Shown here one piece after another: positions 1 to 13,596 of a stretch of DNA of 64,000 nucleotides. The DNA comes from Protoeuglena noctilucae (taxonomy: Eukaryota), in the NCBI GenBank assembly GCA_958009085.1, contig OY253674.1, positions 1,116,001 through 1,180,000 on the forward strand, read 5' to 3'. Every line of letters begins with the position of its first letter. Position 1 is the stretch's first letter. The notes under the pieces were generated by a model. The model saw only the letters and a program-made list of their open reading frames with translations, searched no databases and was not told the origin of the DNA. Both the position numbers and the translations under genes were made by a program.

Positions 1-1904
1 ACCAGCGGATGCAGCGGACGGCCACGCTGCGGTGTCAGCTGGCCTGGCAGCAGGTGCGAGGGATGGGGTGACCACGCGGCACCACGGCGTGTTCACTGAG
101 TCCCAGGGTGTCAGCGTGTCGTGCAATGTTTCTTAACAACAGAGTTGATGCAGCCTCGCTAGGCCTCGTGTCGGAGAGTCACAGCTCGTGTACGCGTCAC
201 CACCACCAACCGCGCCCTGCCTGCAGTTGGAGCTGTGCGTGCACACGGGCCTGCTCGGGAGGGACGCCCGGGAGCGCGCCACGCTCCGCCTGATGTCGAA
301 GCGCCACCATTTGAGCAGCGTCATCTCCCGGCTGAAGGCCGAGGAGGCGGGGTCTCACGCCACCATCACCGCCGACCTACGAATCCAAAACGGCCCACTG
401 ATCGCGACGCTGGAGCGCCTGCGAGACGGCAGCTACAAGGACGACGTTGCGAGGTTCGGGAAGGAAGAGGCGGAGGTCCGCAAGCAGGCCCGGGAATGGG
501 ACCTGGCGGAGTCAGGGAGGCTCGAGGAGCTGGCGTGGGCGCTGTCTGGGACGCTGATGAAGCACCTGACCGTGGCGGCGCTGGCCATCGCCGAGGGGCG
601 CAGGACGGGTGAGGGAGGGACGAGACTGCGAGAGCTGCGGCTGGTATGGGCATGGCATGGGCAGGCTTGCAGCTGTAGTGAGGTCGTAGCTGTGCAATTG
701 CCGTTCTCCTGAACACACAGTGCACGTCACACAACACAGGTTCTCTAGGCCTCCTTTGTTGCGCTGACCTCCCCTCCTGTCCCTAGCACTGTGTGCATGT
801 TACTCGCCGCCTCCCTGTGCAGGTCGCCGCGTGGAGTGGGTCAGCCTTCTGCAGGAGATGGATGCGGAGTTGGAGGAGGCGGCGCTCGAGTCCCTCGCGC
901 AGAACGAGGGGGGGTCAGTCGCCGAAGCCCCGAAGCCCAAGCAGGGCCCAAAGGCGGAGTCGGGGCTGGCCAGGCTGGAGGCGCTGTTGGCCGAGGGCGA
1001 CAGTGGGGACGACGACGACATGCGGAGCGCTCACAGCCGCGAGAGCGCGGCGGAGGACGCTCTGGCAGCGCTGGCAGGAGGGCGTGGGTCAGGTCCTGCC
1101 GTGGACTCTTTGCTGTCGCCTGGGGCGATGCGCGGGCAGGCGCTGGAGAGCGTGCTGATGGGCGGGGCGGGGCAGGGGCAACGGCTGCGGCCGTTCCAGT
1201 TCTCCCGCGGGGCGACGCCCGGCATGGCGCAGGTGGTGGCGCGGCTGGCGCGGTGCCCGGACAGGGACCTGTATGCCATGCTGGGGTCGTGGCGCGAGGG
1301 CGCGGGGCTGGGCGTGGAGAAGGACAACGCGCGGCGCAGCGAGCGGGACCTGGCGTTCCGTTCGGGGTTCTTCCGGCTGCTGGGGGCGCTGCATGCGGGA
1401 GAGGACGCGGCACAGGTGACGATGGGTCGGGTACGGCGCATGGCCAGCTCTGCTTTGGCGGGTCACCCACCTCGTGTCCCTTCGTCCTCCTCGCAGCCGC
1501 ATCGGGGTGCGCATGCCGGCACTGCGCAGGGCCACTCTCATCGCGCCGCCCCTGATGTCCTGGCAGCCCCGTCGCTGTCGAGGTGCAAGCACTGCAGGGT
1601 CCTGCTGTCCTTTCGAGCGCCACGCAAGGGCCGGGAGGGGGGCGACGGGGACAGCGTGGGGCGCGCGGGGGTGTCTATAGCTTCCGATGGCACCAGCGAG
1701 CTTGGGTTGAAACGGGGCTGGGATGGTGCGGGGCGGGAGGGCAGGGGAGCAATGGCTGTGCAGGCCAGGGGCAGCGATGGGCGGGGTGCGGAAGGGGCGG
1801 GGGGTCGCCGGCCTTTGCGGATCGATTTGGAGAGCGAAGCGTCGGAGCTGGGGGCACGGGCGGTGGTGGGCCGAAGTGCAGACAGCGCACCTATGCGGGT
1901 GTGA
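1..1904 (+). CDS. 3' part of a spliced hypothetical protein (helical/acidic), 5' end outside window
   Basis: Coding-like exons at ~226-608 (LELCVHTGLL...), ~823-1414 (VEWVSLLQEMDAELEEAALESL...) and ~1598-1904, flanked by CAG acceptors and GTGAG/GTGAC donors. No recognisable domain. Confidence 0.5.
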
Positions 1905-2188
1905 TTGTGGAAACCTAACCACGGGAAGTGGATGCGAGCGCCTTCGCTTAGGAATTGAATGGATACCAGCACATCCGTGCCGAGCTGCTCTCGACCAATA
2001 GTCATACATGCGTGCGCTCGCTAGCTGGTTGCCGTGGGTGCACGGCTGGGTAACAATATGGCAGCTGCTCCCTGAGCAAGTAATGCAGCCAAGGGGGTTA
2101 GCAACTACACTCGTTTATCCGCTGCCCATGACATGACATGTCTTTGCGGGGAATCTGCTGCCCCTCTGCCTGCCAACTGCGGGCCGGC

Positions 2189-4115
2189 TCATTCCGCATC
2201 CGTTGCAGCGAAAGCCTCGACCCTCTCCGCGCCCGTCTGCCCATCCGACTCTGCCGCGACTCCCTCCTCCTCGCTCACGCTCTCCGCGTCGTCCCTGCCG
2301 TCGCTGTCCCGCTTGTCAAAGAGATAGATCTCCTCGAACCCAAACGACTGCCCGTTCTCCTTCACCCACTTGCCGCTGTAGGTGGTGTTGTAGTTGTAGA
2401 TGAGGTAGTCGGTGAGCTCCGACTCCTTGGGGCGGTGGTGGTTGCACCGGGCCCGGTCGACGAAACCGAAGGCGAACATGGTCGACAGCACGATCGCGTC
2501 CCCTGAGTGGGGGATCTCGCTGGGCACGTGCCACTCGAACTGCGCCTTCTCGGGGTGGAACTGGAACCCCGTGATGGTGCGGTAGGGGTCCTTGCTCTGG
2601 TAAATGGCCACGGACTCGTCCCCCGACTTGTCCTGCGGTGCGGGGGCAGGCCGCAGTCACGGGCAGTTGCACAAGGAAAAGCAGAGAGTTATGAGGGCTG
2701 CACTTAATTAGTAAGAAAGGTGCACAGGGAGTGCCAATGGATCAGGGTTGAGAGCCCACCGCAGCCAGCCACGACAAGCTGCGGACAGGCAACCACAGCC
2801 GCCCTCGCCTTCGCGGTGGCCAGGACGTTGAGGTTGCGCGAGATGGTGGGGTTGGTCTTGAACTCGTCGAGGGAGAGGCCGCGGTGGTGGTTGAAGTAGA
2901 GAATGGCGTCCGAAGCGGCCTTGTTCAAGAAAAAGTACGGGATGCCCTTGATGAGGCGGGAGAAGAAGAGAGCAGGGGTGAAGCTCAGCTGCGGGAGGGG
3001 CAATGGCGAGCCATGAGGGGCGGGGCAGCCATGACGTGTCCCAACAAAAACGATGCACTTGCCAGCTGTGATGGTGCATCCCAGTGACGCAGCCACTTCC
3101 TCGTCTCATGCACAGCGTGAACCGAGTCTGGCATGGAAACGAAACGCCAGTCTCTCGCCTTCTGGACGTAGTCCTGACCGTCGAAGTGGCCACAGACGGT
3201 GTCGTCCATCCCGGCCAAAATCTCCGAGAGGACCTCCAGGCCCAGGCACGTGCCGTGGATGGGGTAGTTGCCTGCAGGGGCAAGGAGGGCGACCTTATCG
3301 GGGGCAGCAAACATACATGTGTGGTGCACGCTCTATGCGCTGTGCACTAACCCTCGTCCATGGCCCTGCTGTAGAGCTTGGCTGACGTCTCTAAGTAGGG
3401 CGCCCCGAGCTCCATGGACGCCTCCCCCCCGGGAAACAGGAGCCCGTGCGTCATTCTGCGGGGACGCTTGCACGCCGTTGTCACATACAAGGTCGGCTCG
3501 CGGTCCCCGCCACGCCAACTCGCAACGCGCTCACTTGAACTTGCGGTCCAGCTCCTCCGTCGAATCGTCCGCCATGATGGGCAGGACGCGAGCACCCGTC
3601 TGCTCGATCCAGCGGACGTAGGACGCCGCGATGTACGTCTTCCCGTCGAAGCTGGGGACATCCTCGGACTCAATGCTCGTGAAGTTGGCCGGCTGCGACA
3701 GGATCCCGATGACGGGGCGGTCAGTGCGCGTCTTGCACCCTGCGCGAGGTCGGCGAAGGGTTGGCGTCGGATTGCGCAGCCACTGAAGCAGGGCGAGCGC
3801 AAACAAGGCGAGCGCAACTAGCGCTGGTGGGCCCGGCCCGGAACGCGCAATCCCCGACCCGACGCCGGTCGCGGTCGCACACAGACGGCAAGTCGATGCC
3901 AACAAACGGTGGCCAAGCCAGGATGGACAAGCGTCCGACTCACATGGGTCCCCCGAGTCTTCGTGGTGGCTTCGCTCCGCGACGTCCTTCTTGGCGTCGG
4001 GCATCGCCTCGGGCATCCCGGTGTACGCGTTCCGCAGACCACATGCTCCGAGAACAGTGACGAGAACGACGGCGAGCGCCAGCGCCGCGCGGATGGCGGA
4101 CGCCCTGCGCGCCAT
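2189..4115 (-). CDS. GGH: Gamma-glutamyl hydrolase (peptidase C26, folylpolyglutamate hydrolase) with N-terminal signal/anchor
   Basis: Spliced motifs [48 protein letters not shown] (catalytic Cys), [18 protein letters not shown] (catalytic His), LIYNY. Hydrophobic N-terminus [23 protein letters not shown]. Confidence 0.93.
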
Positions 4116-4410
4116 GCTGTGCGACCAGTTCGGGCTTTCCTGGATTCCCCGACTTCCCAAAGCAGATTCCCCGATGCAACTCGCCAGTGAGCCATTCGTT
4201 CTTGCCACAAAAGACTCAAGGAGAGGACGGGTGGGGGACCCTACTGGCAGGAGAAAGCCAACAAGCGACGAATTTGACTGGCCCGTGTGTGTATTGGTAC
4301 CCTCTCAACCCCAATTAGCTCAGGTGGCCAACTTCTCTTTGCCAGGTTGTGCCTTGAAGCCGCAATTCAGGACATCCACGTGCTCGGGCCACCACACACG
4401 GCGGCAGCGC

Positions 4411-4884
4411 ATGGCAGGCAGGGAGCTTGCGTGGAAGGCCGTGACGTACACAGCCGTGTTTGCCGCGGGGACCGTCGCGGTGCAACAGGGCCTCATCCGG
4501 GTGGACGTGAAGGAGAAGGGCGAAGACGCCTCTCGTGCGTAGCAATCGTGGAGGTGGGACTGCTCCAATGCCACTCGCTGGGCCTTCTATGCCGCAAACG
4601 TCGTGTGCTGCAGTGCGCATCGCGCGGGAAGTCTTGGGCGAGACGGAGGAGCCCGGGGAAGCGCGGGAAGTCTTGAGTCTTGGCGACGCCAAGTTCGCCG
4701 CGCTCGGCATCATCGGCGCCGGCTGCGCATCAGCAATAGGTGAGCACCTGCCTGTTGGCTTGCTGGACGTCGCTGTGCTGCTTTCATCGCGATCATGCAC
4801 ACGTTCGCAGGGGTCATGCTTTTGCGGCGAGGTCGCGCCCCGCGAGGGGAGCGCCAGAGTGTGGCTTACAAGCTCCGCAAATGA
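4411..4884 (+). CDS. Small hypothetical protein with two hydrophobic segments (3 exons)
   Basis: Exons ~4411-4534, 4614-4739, 4811-4884 join in frame through GT-AG introns: MAGRELAWKAVTYTAVFAAGTVAV...FAALGIIGAGCASAIGVMLLRR...YKLRK*. Confidence 0.6.
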
Positions 4885-5177
4885 TCTTGAAGGATGAGGC
4901 TTTGCGGAGGGGCGTCCTCGTGTCGAGTTCTGGCCGTGCCGGTTCAGACTCATGTGTCAGTTTTCGGCGCGCTCGAGGACCGTTCCTGCCCGAGCAGCCG
5001 TCGAAGAATTACATGTTTGCCGGAAAAGAAGTCCTATCGAGCGAGCGTATCGAAAGAGGCTCTAGCGAACAAACGCACGCTCGCGGTGACACACTCGCCC
5101 AGCTCGCCGCTCCCCGTCGCCCCTGCATCGTCGTTTGGCCGACTCGCAATCACCATTTGACTGCTGCTGCGGTCGCG

Positions 5178-7177
5178 ATGCCTGCCCTGCCGGCGGGGCC
5201 TCCGCTCGGTTCCCCCGGGCTCAGCCGGCACCGGGCATGCAACCCACCTGGCAACCCCGCCGCGGCCGCTACGTGCCCACGCGTCGGCCACCAACTGCGA
5301 GATTCGTTTCCTCCCGGGCCCATCCCACGCATCTGGTCGGCCCCGCGGCCCAAGCCGCGGCCCCTGAGGGCCGCACCCAGCGATGAAGGGCCAGGAGCTC
5401 CTGGGTCAGTCGTGGGCGCGATGGCCATGGTTACGAGCTCCACCGTGGGTGCGGGCATCCTGGCTCTCCCCACGGTCACCGCGCCTGCCGGGTTCGTCCC
5501 GTCCGCGTCGGCCCTGCTGGGCGTCTGGGTGCTGCTGTGCGCTGAGGCTGTCTTCCTGGCGGACGTCTGCTGCTTCGTCCGGGAGAGGCGCGCCGCGAAT
5601 GGCGACAAGCTCGACGGGGTCGTGTCCATCACAGACATGGCGAGGGAGACGCTGGGGGGCCGCGTGGCGGGTGGAGTGACTGCGCTGTATGTCGCGCTCG
5701 AGTACACCCTCCTCGTGGCGTACCTGTCAAAGGGCGGCGACGTGCTGGGTCAGGCGAGGCGTTCCCGCAGTCAGGGTTACATCCTGGCGTCGCTTGCTGC
5801 CAAAGGCCACCCGTGCCACCTGCTCCTGCCCACTTGCATCGCAGATGGCCAACGCAGGCGGCGTCACGCTGCCGTCCTCCGTGTCCGGCGCGGTGCTGGC
5901 GGGCGCAGTCGGGGCGCTGGCCGTGTGGGGCGGAACGCAGGCCACGGACCGTGCCAACCGCGTCATGACAGCCTTGCTGCTAACAACGTTCGCTGCCATC
6001 CTCGCCGCCGGGGCTCCCACCGCCGACTTTGCCTCCCTCATGACGCGGCCCGGCGACTGGGCCAGCGTCCCCAGCGCTGTCCCCGTCATCTTCCTCGCCC
6101 TCGTGAGTGCACCCGTTTTGCTCGTGGCCCCTCACATGCGTGGTCCCTCGCTCACTCCATGGTTGCTGTCTCGCCTCCAGGTGTACCATGACCTCGTTCC
6201 GGTCGTCTGCGCGTACCTGGGCGGCGACCGGGCCCGCATACGCACCGCCCTCTTTGCGGGTTCCCTGGGACCCCTCGCGATGTTTCTGGCATGGGATGCG
6301 GTGTCCTTAGGGCAGCTGGCGGTGGCGGCTGGGCCAGCAGGGATCGGTGGGCCCATTACCGACCCTCTGGCACTCTTGATGACGGGCGACCACGGGACAC
6401 CGTGGCTGCCGGGGACTGTGCTCGTCTTCAGCCTGACGGCCATCGCCACGTCCCTGTGCTGCACGGCCCTGGCTCTCCTCGAGTACCTCAACGCCGAAGT
6501 GACGCAGGCGGGGGCAAGCGGGGGCAAGCGGTGAGACGAAAGAGCATGCCCATGCATGCTTTTCATGGGATGCATGCCAGCGGGGTGACGAAGCGACTGT
6601 CGCCCGCTCGCCTACTCGCAGGGTGGCTGAGGCGGTGCCCGCTGCAGTGAGGGCGGTGTGGGCGCGCATGCAGGAGTCGCGCACGGTCGCTAGCGTGGCT
6701 GCCGCGAAGTATGGCCTGGAGCGCGTGGCTACCAGCCTCCCGTCCTGGCAGCGGCGCCTGGCGTGCGCCGTGCTGGCCCTGGGACCGCCCCTCTGTGTGG
6801 CGCAGACCTCGCGTGACGCCTTCCTCGGGGCCACCCAGGTCGCCGGTGGGTATCTGGACACCGCACTATACGGCATCCTCCCTCCCGCCATGATCCTCGC
6901 CCTCCGCAGTGCGACAGGCCAGGAAGGCGCAGCACCGCGGGCCGATGTGCCCGGGGGGACGGGCGCCCTGGTGGGCGTGGCCGGCGCGGCTCTGGCGATC
7001 GGGCTCTCGCAAGCAGCCAACGATTTCGCCAGGACGGGGAGCGCTGCAGGCCCTGTTGCAGTGACCCCTGCCGCTGTGCCACCCCATGTTCACGCGGCGC
7101 CTGCTGCCGACGGCGGCGGGGCCTATACGTTCGTTACGACTGCGCCCCCTTTGCCAATTACCAGTGTCGAGCTCTAA
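5178..7177 (+). CDS. Tryptophan/tyrosine (aromatic amino acid) permease family transporter, probable plastid transit peptide
   Basis: GAMAMVTSSTVGAGILALP, LEYTLLVAYLSKGG, VPVIFLALVYHDLVPVVCAYLGGD, FSLTAIATS, AGGYLDTALYGILPPAM. Four exons (5178-5753, 5845-6102, 6181-6530, 6622-7177). Ala/Pro/Arg-rich N-terminus. Confidence 0.88.
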
Positions 7178-7347
7178 GACCCCGAGCCTTGTTCCACACG
7201 GACCTTGCCCTAACTGTGCCCTACCTAGCAGCGGCCCATTGCCGCTGGATGCCGCTTGAAGCGCACTGTTGTTTCGAGGCCTTGTACTGCCGTCGTCCGC
7301 TGCGGCGGCGCGGCGCTCGTGGCGCGGGCTCAATCTGCGAGTTTTGC

Positions 7348-9236
7348 ATGCTGGAGCATTTGCACGGCGCGGGCCGCACGGTCCGTGGCCCCGCGCGTCT
7401 CCCACCATTATATGCGGCATCACTAGAAGGACCGAGGTGAAGAGCTGCGTTTTACAGGCCGGATTTCGCAGCAATTTTGGTAACTGACGAGAGGCCTCGT
7501 CAGCACGTCAACCTGGCGCCCGCAGCAGCCATCACTGCGTGCCCTCCTCGCAGCCGTGTCGTAGTTAAGAGAAGAGAAGCCCGACACAGTGCCGCTGCGC
7601 CCGGCTCGCCCACGTGGCCCCACAGCCGTGCCAGCGTGCCGCGCATCCTGCGGCGTGCAGCCCTGCCCCCGGGACCCGGCCGGGCAGCAGTTGCGGTCCC
7701 CGCGACGCCTCCAACGACCATCTTTCCCCTGCGCACCACGCGCCTTGGCCGATGGCTCCGCAGGGCATGCCCTGCCACGCTGGCCTTCGCGGGATGGCTC
7801 CTCCTGGCAGCAGCGATGAACCTCGCCACCTGGGGCCCTCTGTTGATGGGTCTCCACCACCCCTACGCACCCCTCCTCGCATCCTCTGCGTTCCTCTTCA
7901 CCTTCGTTCTCCTCCCTTGCATCGACGTGGTCCTCGGTGCCGAGCCCTTTCCCGAGCCCTTTGCGTCCCACCCTGAGGCCTCCCCGTCGCTCATCCAATC
8001 GGACGCTCTCTTCCGAATCAACGTGCGGGCGCTCGTTCCCGTGCACGCCGCCACAGTGCTCGGCTTAGCCCACGCCGTCACCGTGGCTGTGGCCCAAGGG
8101 GCGCCTGCGGCCGTCTGGGCGGGGTGGGTGGCGTCGCTGGTGCCGTTTGGGGGCCTGGCGTTCACGGCGGCGCATGAAATGGTGCATGGGGACCAGGTGG
8201 GAGGCTGACCAGGGGATGGGTACCATGACCTCAGGCGTAAGTGGTATCGTGCTGTCGCGCTCATCAGCCACTCTGCCGCTGATGCCGTGTTCCCAGACGA
8301 ATCGGATGCTCGCTCGCATCACGCTGGGCATCCTCTGTTACGGCCATTGGGAGAGGGGCCACCTCCAACACCACGCCAAGGTTGGGACGTGGGAAGACCC
8401 CTCCACAGCGAGGATGGGAGAGACTTTCTATGCCTTCGCCATCCGCAACGTCCGGGGCAATCTGGGTGAGAGGCCAGTCGCGACATCCACTCAGCCGACG
8501 GTGCTGCGGGGCGCGGTCAGAGCTACATGGGCGCCATCACATTCCCGACGCTTGCGTGCGTGCAGCGGAGGCTTGGAATTTCGAAGCCCGTCGGCTTCGC
8601 ACGGCGGGCCTGCCACCGTGGCACCCCACCAACATGTTTTTCCGATGGGCGGCCGCGTCAGCCGCCCCTGCCGCCGCAGCATGGGCCCTGTTCGGCGGTG
8701 CAGGGCTCCTCGCCTTCGCCATGCAGGCCTGCGCGGGCATCTTCGCGTTGCAGCTGGCCGACTACATCGAGCACTACGGCCTGGAGCGTTCCATGGATCC
8801 TGCGACGGGCGCTCCCCGCACCCGGGTCTCCGTTCGCGACTCCTGGAATGCGGACTGGATTGCCACCAACTGCGTCCTCTTCGCCCTGCAGCGGCACTCC
8901 CACCACCACGCGCAGGCCAGCAGGCGAGTGGGCGGCTACGTTGGGGTGCAGGCCTAACAAGTGGTGCCATCACCTGGCACAAGAGCAGGCTGCAGCGGTG
9001 ACCCTCTCTCTATGGCCCTTGCATGGCGTGACAACCAGCCTTATCTTCCGTGCAGGCCCTACCAGAAGCTCGCGACGATGGATGGGTCGCCGCAGCTGCC
9101 CATGTCGTACCCTCCCCTGTCACTGACAGCCCTGGTGCCCCCGCTGTTCCAGAGCATCATGGGGCCCAGGGCTGCGTGGCAGCGACACGTGAGCCAATCG
9201 AACTCCGACCATCGCGCAGCAGAAGCGGAGCTCTGA
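7348..9236 (+). CDS. Alkane 1-monooxygenase (AlkB)-like membrane non-heme diiron enzyme, fatty-acid-desaturase superfamily
   Basis: His boxes AHEMVHG, GHWERGHLQHH, DYIEHYGL, LQRHSHHHA, plus EDPSTARMGETFYAF, SWN and RPYQKL...PQLPMSYP, all typical of AlkB. Exons ~7348-7436, 7554-8196, 8297-8465, 8566-8923, 9056-9236. The first exon and start are tentative. Confidence 0.85.
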
Positions 9237-9516
9237 CGGCGCCTGGCTGCCAAGACCCCACGATCCAAGTTGTGTAAGCAAGCACAGTAGATGCCACGCA
9301 CCCTGCTCTGCACCCAGCAAGGGGCACTTACTCTCCCTGCACTCGCACGTTCCGCTGCCAGACTATTCAAGGCTAGTAGTAGTAGAGCTAGAGTATGCGA
9401 GCCCCTCCGGACAAGCGAGGCCATAGCTGCTGGTCTCGTCCTCAACGGATGAAGGCTTAGAAAGTGCAGTCGGCGAGCAGCGGCGCCAAACAGTCGCTCA
9501 CGGCGCGCCCACCGCG

Positions 9517-11786
9517 TCAGCCCCCACCGCCATTCCCAGAACCCGTCATGGCGCCCGACGTTGCGCGTCCTTGCCCCGGCCCCGGCCCCGCGTCCGCGCT
9601 GTGGCCCGCTAAGCTCATGCTCCGCAGGTGCACGCCGCCCACGCTCACGCCCCGGTTCACGTTCGCCGGCACCAACGGCGGCATCGCCGCCTCCAGGTCC
9701 TCTTGCCGGGACGCGTCCCGCCCGCCAATGCTGACGCTCTCCCCGCTGTCGAAGCCCAGCACGCCCCCGCTCATGCCCGTCACCCACGCGCTCAGCCCCG
9801 CGCCCACGCTGCTGCCCCCGGCCGTGCGCCCCGGCCTCAGCACCCCCGGCCCCGCTGATAACGACAGGGAGCTCGCGGCCGAGTCGCGCCCCACGCGCCC
9901 GTTGGCCCCCTCCCCGCGCACGCCGGCCAGCACATCCGAGCCCCGCTTGGCCCGCGCCACGCTGTTGGGGCTGGGGCCGGGGGAGTACCCCGATGTGATG
10001 GGCGACCCGTTGTTGCCTTCCGCGCCGCGCCCGTGGCCCACGTACGGCCCATCGGAGTCGACCTCCAGTGCAGGGACCACGCCGTTCCCCACGCGGTCCC
10101 CCGCGCGCCCGTCGTACTCAAACGCCCTCGGGCCGTGCCCGTTGGCCTCGTGGGTGTACCCTCGCCCCGCGCCCGCCTTCTCGGGAGGGCCGGCGTGGGT
10201 GTCGATGGCCATGCCGCGCGCCGCGTTGTAAGCGAAAATCTGCTCGGCCGTGAGGTAGTCCTCGATGGGGCGGTGCGTGGTCCAGCGGCGCCGCAGGTGG
10301 TAGAAAACCAACGGCACCGTGTACCAGGCCACCACCACGTCGACCGTGTAGTGCTTGCGGCTCGCGATGATGAGGATGCTGATGACGGCGGTTGACAGCC
10401 ACAGGGCCACCTTGAGGGCGCGGTGGGAGCCCATGGCGTTGTAGAAGAGGACGATGTTGAGGACGAAGGTCGTGTGGCTACTGCGGGTGTCGAAGGGGGT
10501 GCGTGCGTGTGGAGTGCGTCAACAGTGGCCATGGCCAAGGCAGATGCCCGTTCGTAGGCAGTGCCACTCTGTGCACTGGAAACCCAAGGCCACGTCTCAC
10601 CTGAAGATGAGGTCCCCGCAGCCGCGCTCCATCTGCTGCTTGACGCCGCCCGCGATGCTGCCGTAGAGCAGATACTGGTACCTGCGGGGTGCAGAGGTGC
10701 GCGATGAGACGCTGCGACTCGCTGCAGCCTCTCCGCGCATCAACACCTCGCGGAGCTACTCGCCAGTGGCGCGGCGTCGGGACGACGGCGGTCGGGGAGT
10801 CGGACCGGCAGTGGTGCCCCGGGCCCGGCAGCCCCGTGACGAGGAAGGAGATGCTGCGGAGCATCTGGCACAGCGACAGGAGGACGAGCATCCGCGCGAC
10901 GACGACGATCGTGTAGAAGCGCCGCTGCTTGAGGACGAAGGGGCTCAGGACCCACAGCGCCCCCGAGCCAAAGACAAAGTAAAACACGACCTGCGTGGGC
11001 GGAAGGCGCGCGGTACGTGGGCGCGATGCGCGCGATCGAACTTACTGTCAAACATGACACTCGGCGCCCCCGGCGCGGGTCCGGCCGCGCCGGGAGCCCG
11101 GCCGTCTGCCGGCGTTGTCGCGGCCGGGCGTTGGGCGGCTCGCGCACGCACCTCGGAGATCCAGAACTTGTTCGGACCGATTTCCGGAAGCAGATTGAAA
11201 CCCATGTCATACAGCGGTTCGCTCTGGGGGATGTGATGGACGTAGGCGGCCTGGGCGCAGAGCCCATGAACGTACTGCCAAACAGCACCCTGCGGCGCGG
11301 CGGGGACCCGGGAGCACCGTCACCGCTGCCGGACGAACGACCCCGAGCATCTCCTCATCGCGCCGCGTGACGCGGGCGCCGGCGACGGCCCGCTGCGCGC
11401 AGAGTCCGCCAGGCCCACCGTCGCCCGAATTGGGGCGGGGGGCCGCGCGCGTCCCCTCACCAGCAAAATGACCCGCCATCGCTTTTTCAGCAGCGGCCAC
11501 TCAATCAAAAACTCGGACACGATGCGCGTGACGATCTCCTTGGCCCACCATCGCGCCCCGGCCCACACAGCTTGCGGCCCCAGTGGGCCCAGGACGCCGT
11601 ACCGGGGAGGCTGCGGGGCGGGTCGGGGGCAGGATAGGGGGCGTCAGCAGGCGTCATTCGACAGGCGGAGCGGCACGCGCCACAGCCCCGCTGCCTACAG
11701 CCGGCGCGCGCCCGCCCCCTGCACGCCCGCCACGTAAGGCGTACCTTCCGCGCCGTGGGAAGCAGCCCGGTGCTCGGCCGCGACAT
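9517..11786 (-). CDS. IPCS: Inositol phosphorylceramide synthase (phosphatidylinositol:ceramide inositolphosphotransferase), plant IPCS/ERH1 type
   Basis: QYVHGL, PLYDMGFNLLPEIG, CQMLRSISFLVTGLPGP, GCGDLIFSSHTTF, LIIASRKHYTVDVVVAWYTVPLV (lipid-phosphate-transferase His/Asp motifs). Multi-exon model from ATG at 11786. Confidence 0.92.
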
Positions 11787-12198
11787 CGATCCACTTCTAT
11801 GCTCGGACCGCCGTTCACCACGCTCGGGCGTCACGCGCTCACCATTCACGGAGAACCCTGCGCCCCCAGGCTCATGGGCGCGGGCTGCGGGGCGGCCGTT
11901 GCACTCACTAAGTTGCCAAGCAATACTTATTCGTCGAGAATCGACGCCTCCTATTCCCCCGCGGCAAGCGGAGCGCGAGAGGGGTCGGAATAAAAAACGA
12001 CGTTGCCAGGAGCGTCCTCGGGCGCCCGGCGAGCGGCTCGGCCACGCGTGAGTCGAGATGTGTTGGCGCCGGGAGAATCGCGCCCCGCGGAAAGGGGCTC
12101 GTCCCTGCCAGACCTGACGCAGGGCCAGGTCTTTCGATACCGGCGGCCTCGAACGGGCGCACGTCTTCAACACGCGCGTCGCGCTATGCAGGCCGCCT

Positions 12199-13596
12199 CT
12201 ACGTGCCCTGGGGCTCCATGGGCAGGTCACAGAGAGCGACCCGGCAGTCCGGCGCGCCCTCCCGGAGCCGCGGCAGCAGGTGGCGGAAAAAGAGGTCCCA
12301 CGTGTCGCCACGCGTCTCGGGCAGCTCCAGGAGGTGGCGCTGCTTGGCGTCCAGCGCGACGTGGAGCACCACCAGCTGCAGCCGCGTGAGCTGGAGGACG
12401 TCCGAGTCCGCCAGCTTGAGCAGGCGGTTCGGCGTCCCCACCGCGGCGCTGACGCAGTGCCCACGGAGCCACTCCTGCTGCTCCTCCACCTGCAAGCAGC
12501 AGCGCAGGGTCACAGGGTCGACTGCGAGAGGCAGCGCCAGGCACGGCACATCTCCTTCGGCCACCGCGCACCTTGAAGTGGCGCGCAAATAGCTTGGCCA
12601 CGCGCGCCGTCTCCCCATTCAGGGATCGCAGCTGCGTGCAGGCGTGGGACGCCCACGCCGCGTTCGGCGTGATCACCAGCACCACCGGCGCGCCTTTCCG
12701 GGTCGCCTTGCCGGCCTGCGAGGCGGGCGAACGGGTCGTGCGGTCAGAGTAGCAAGTGCAAGTGCAGACAAGCACGCTAGTTTCGTTCCGCGCAAGCCAA
12801 AGCTCCCTCACCTTGGTGACAAATTCCTTCCCCCCGCGGTCGGCAAAGGCGATGCAGACTGCCTCCGCCAGGCCTTTGGACTGGTCCAGGCGCACGAGAT
12901 ACTTGGCATCAAACGCCTCCCTCTCCAGCGGGGACCCGGGCTTGTAACGGCCGTAGCACGCCCAGAGCCAGTCTGACTGCTCCGACGCGCCGCTCTTGAC
13001 GATCGTCGCAGCCCTCTCCTTTTCCTGCGCAAACTCTTTCCCTCCCAACCGCGCCTTCTTCTCTCTCAGACGGTTCTTCATTTTCTGCTTCTTCCGCGCC
13101 TTTGCTGCGTCCTCTTGCCCCACCGCCTCGCTCCCCGGCCCACGCCCGGCCTCCGCGCCAGACCGCTGCTCCACGCCGCCCTCCTCCCCCTCGCCATCGC
13201 CCCCTCCCTCGCCTGACGCGACCCAGCCCTCGCTGTCCCCGCCGTCCCCGAGGGGCCCCACCAGATGGTCGTCAAACCCTAGGTCGTCCCCTCCGCCACC
13301 GCCCAGGTCCATGGACAGAACGGCAGCGTCGTCACCCACGTCCTCCGCTCGCTGGCGCTTCTTGTGTCTGCTATCCACCGAAGGGCGCCGTGGGGCGGTT
13401 AGCCAGGCTTTTTGTCCAGCAACATCCATCAACTCCCTTGCTGCGCTCACCCCCTATCCTTCTTCTCGACGCTCTGACTCTCCGCGTCTTCATCTCGCGA
13501 CTTCTGCTTCCTCTTCAGTCCCAGGGCTTGCGGACCGGCTTTCCGGTTGCGCTCGTGCCCCTGCCCCCCCTTCTTCACCCCGCCCTTGGCCTTCAT
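12199..13596 (-). CDS. CMS1/CMSS1-like 90S pre-ribosome factor (helicase-like fold lacking a DEAD box)
   Basis: GAPVVLVITPNAA, RVAKLFARHFKVEEQ, AAVGTPNRLLKL, LVVLHVALDAKQRHLLELPE. Lys-rich basic N-terminus followed by an acidic linker. Confidence 0.82.
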
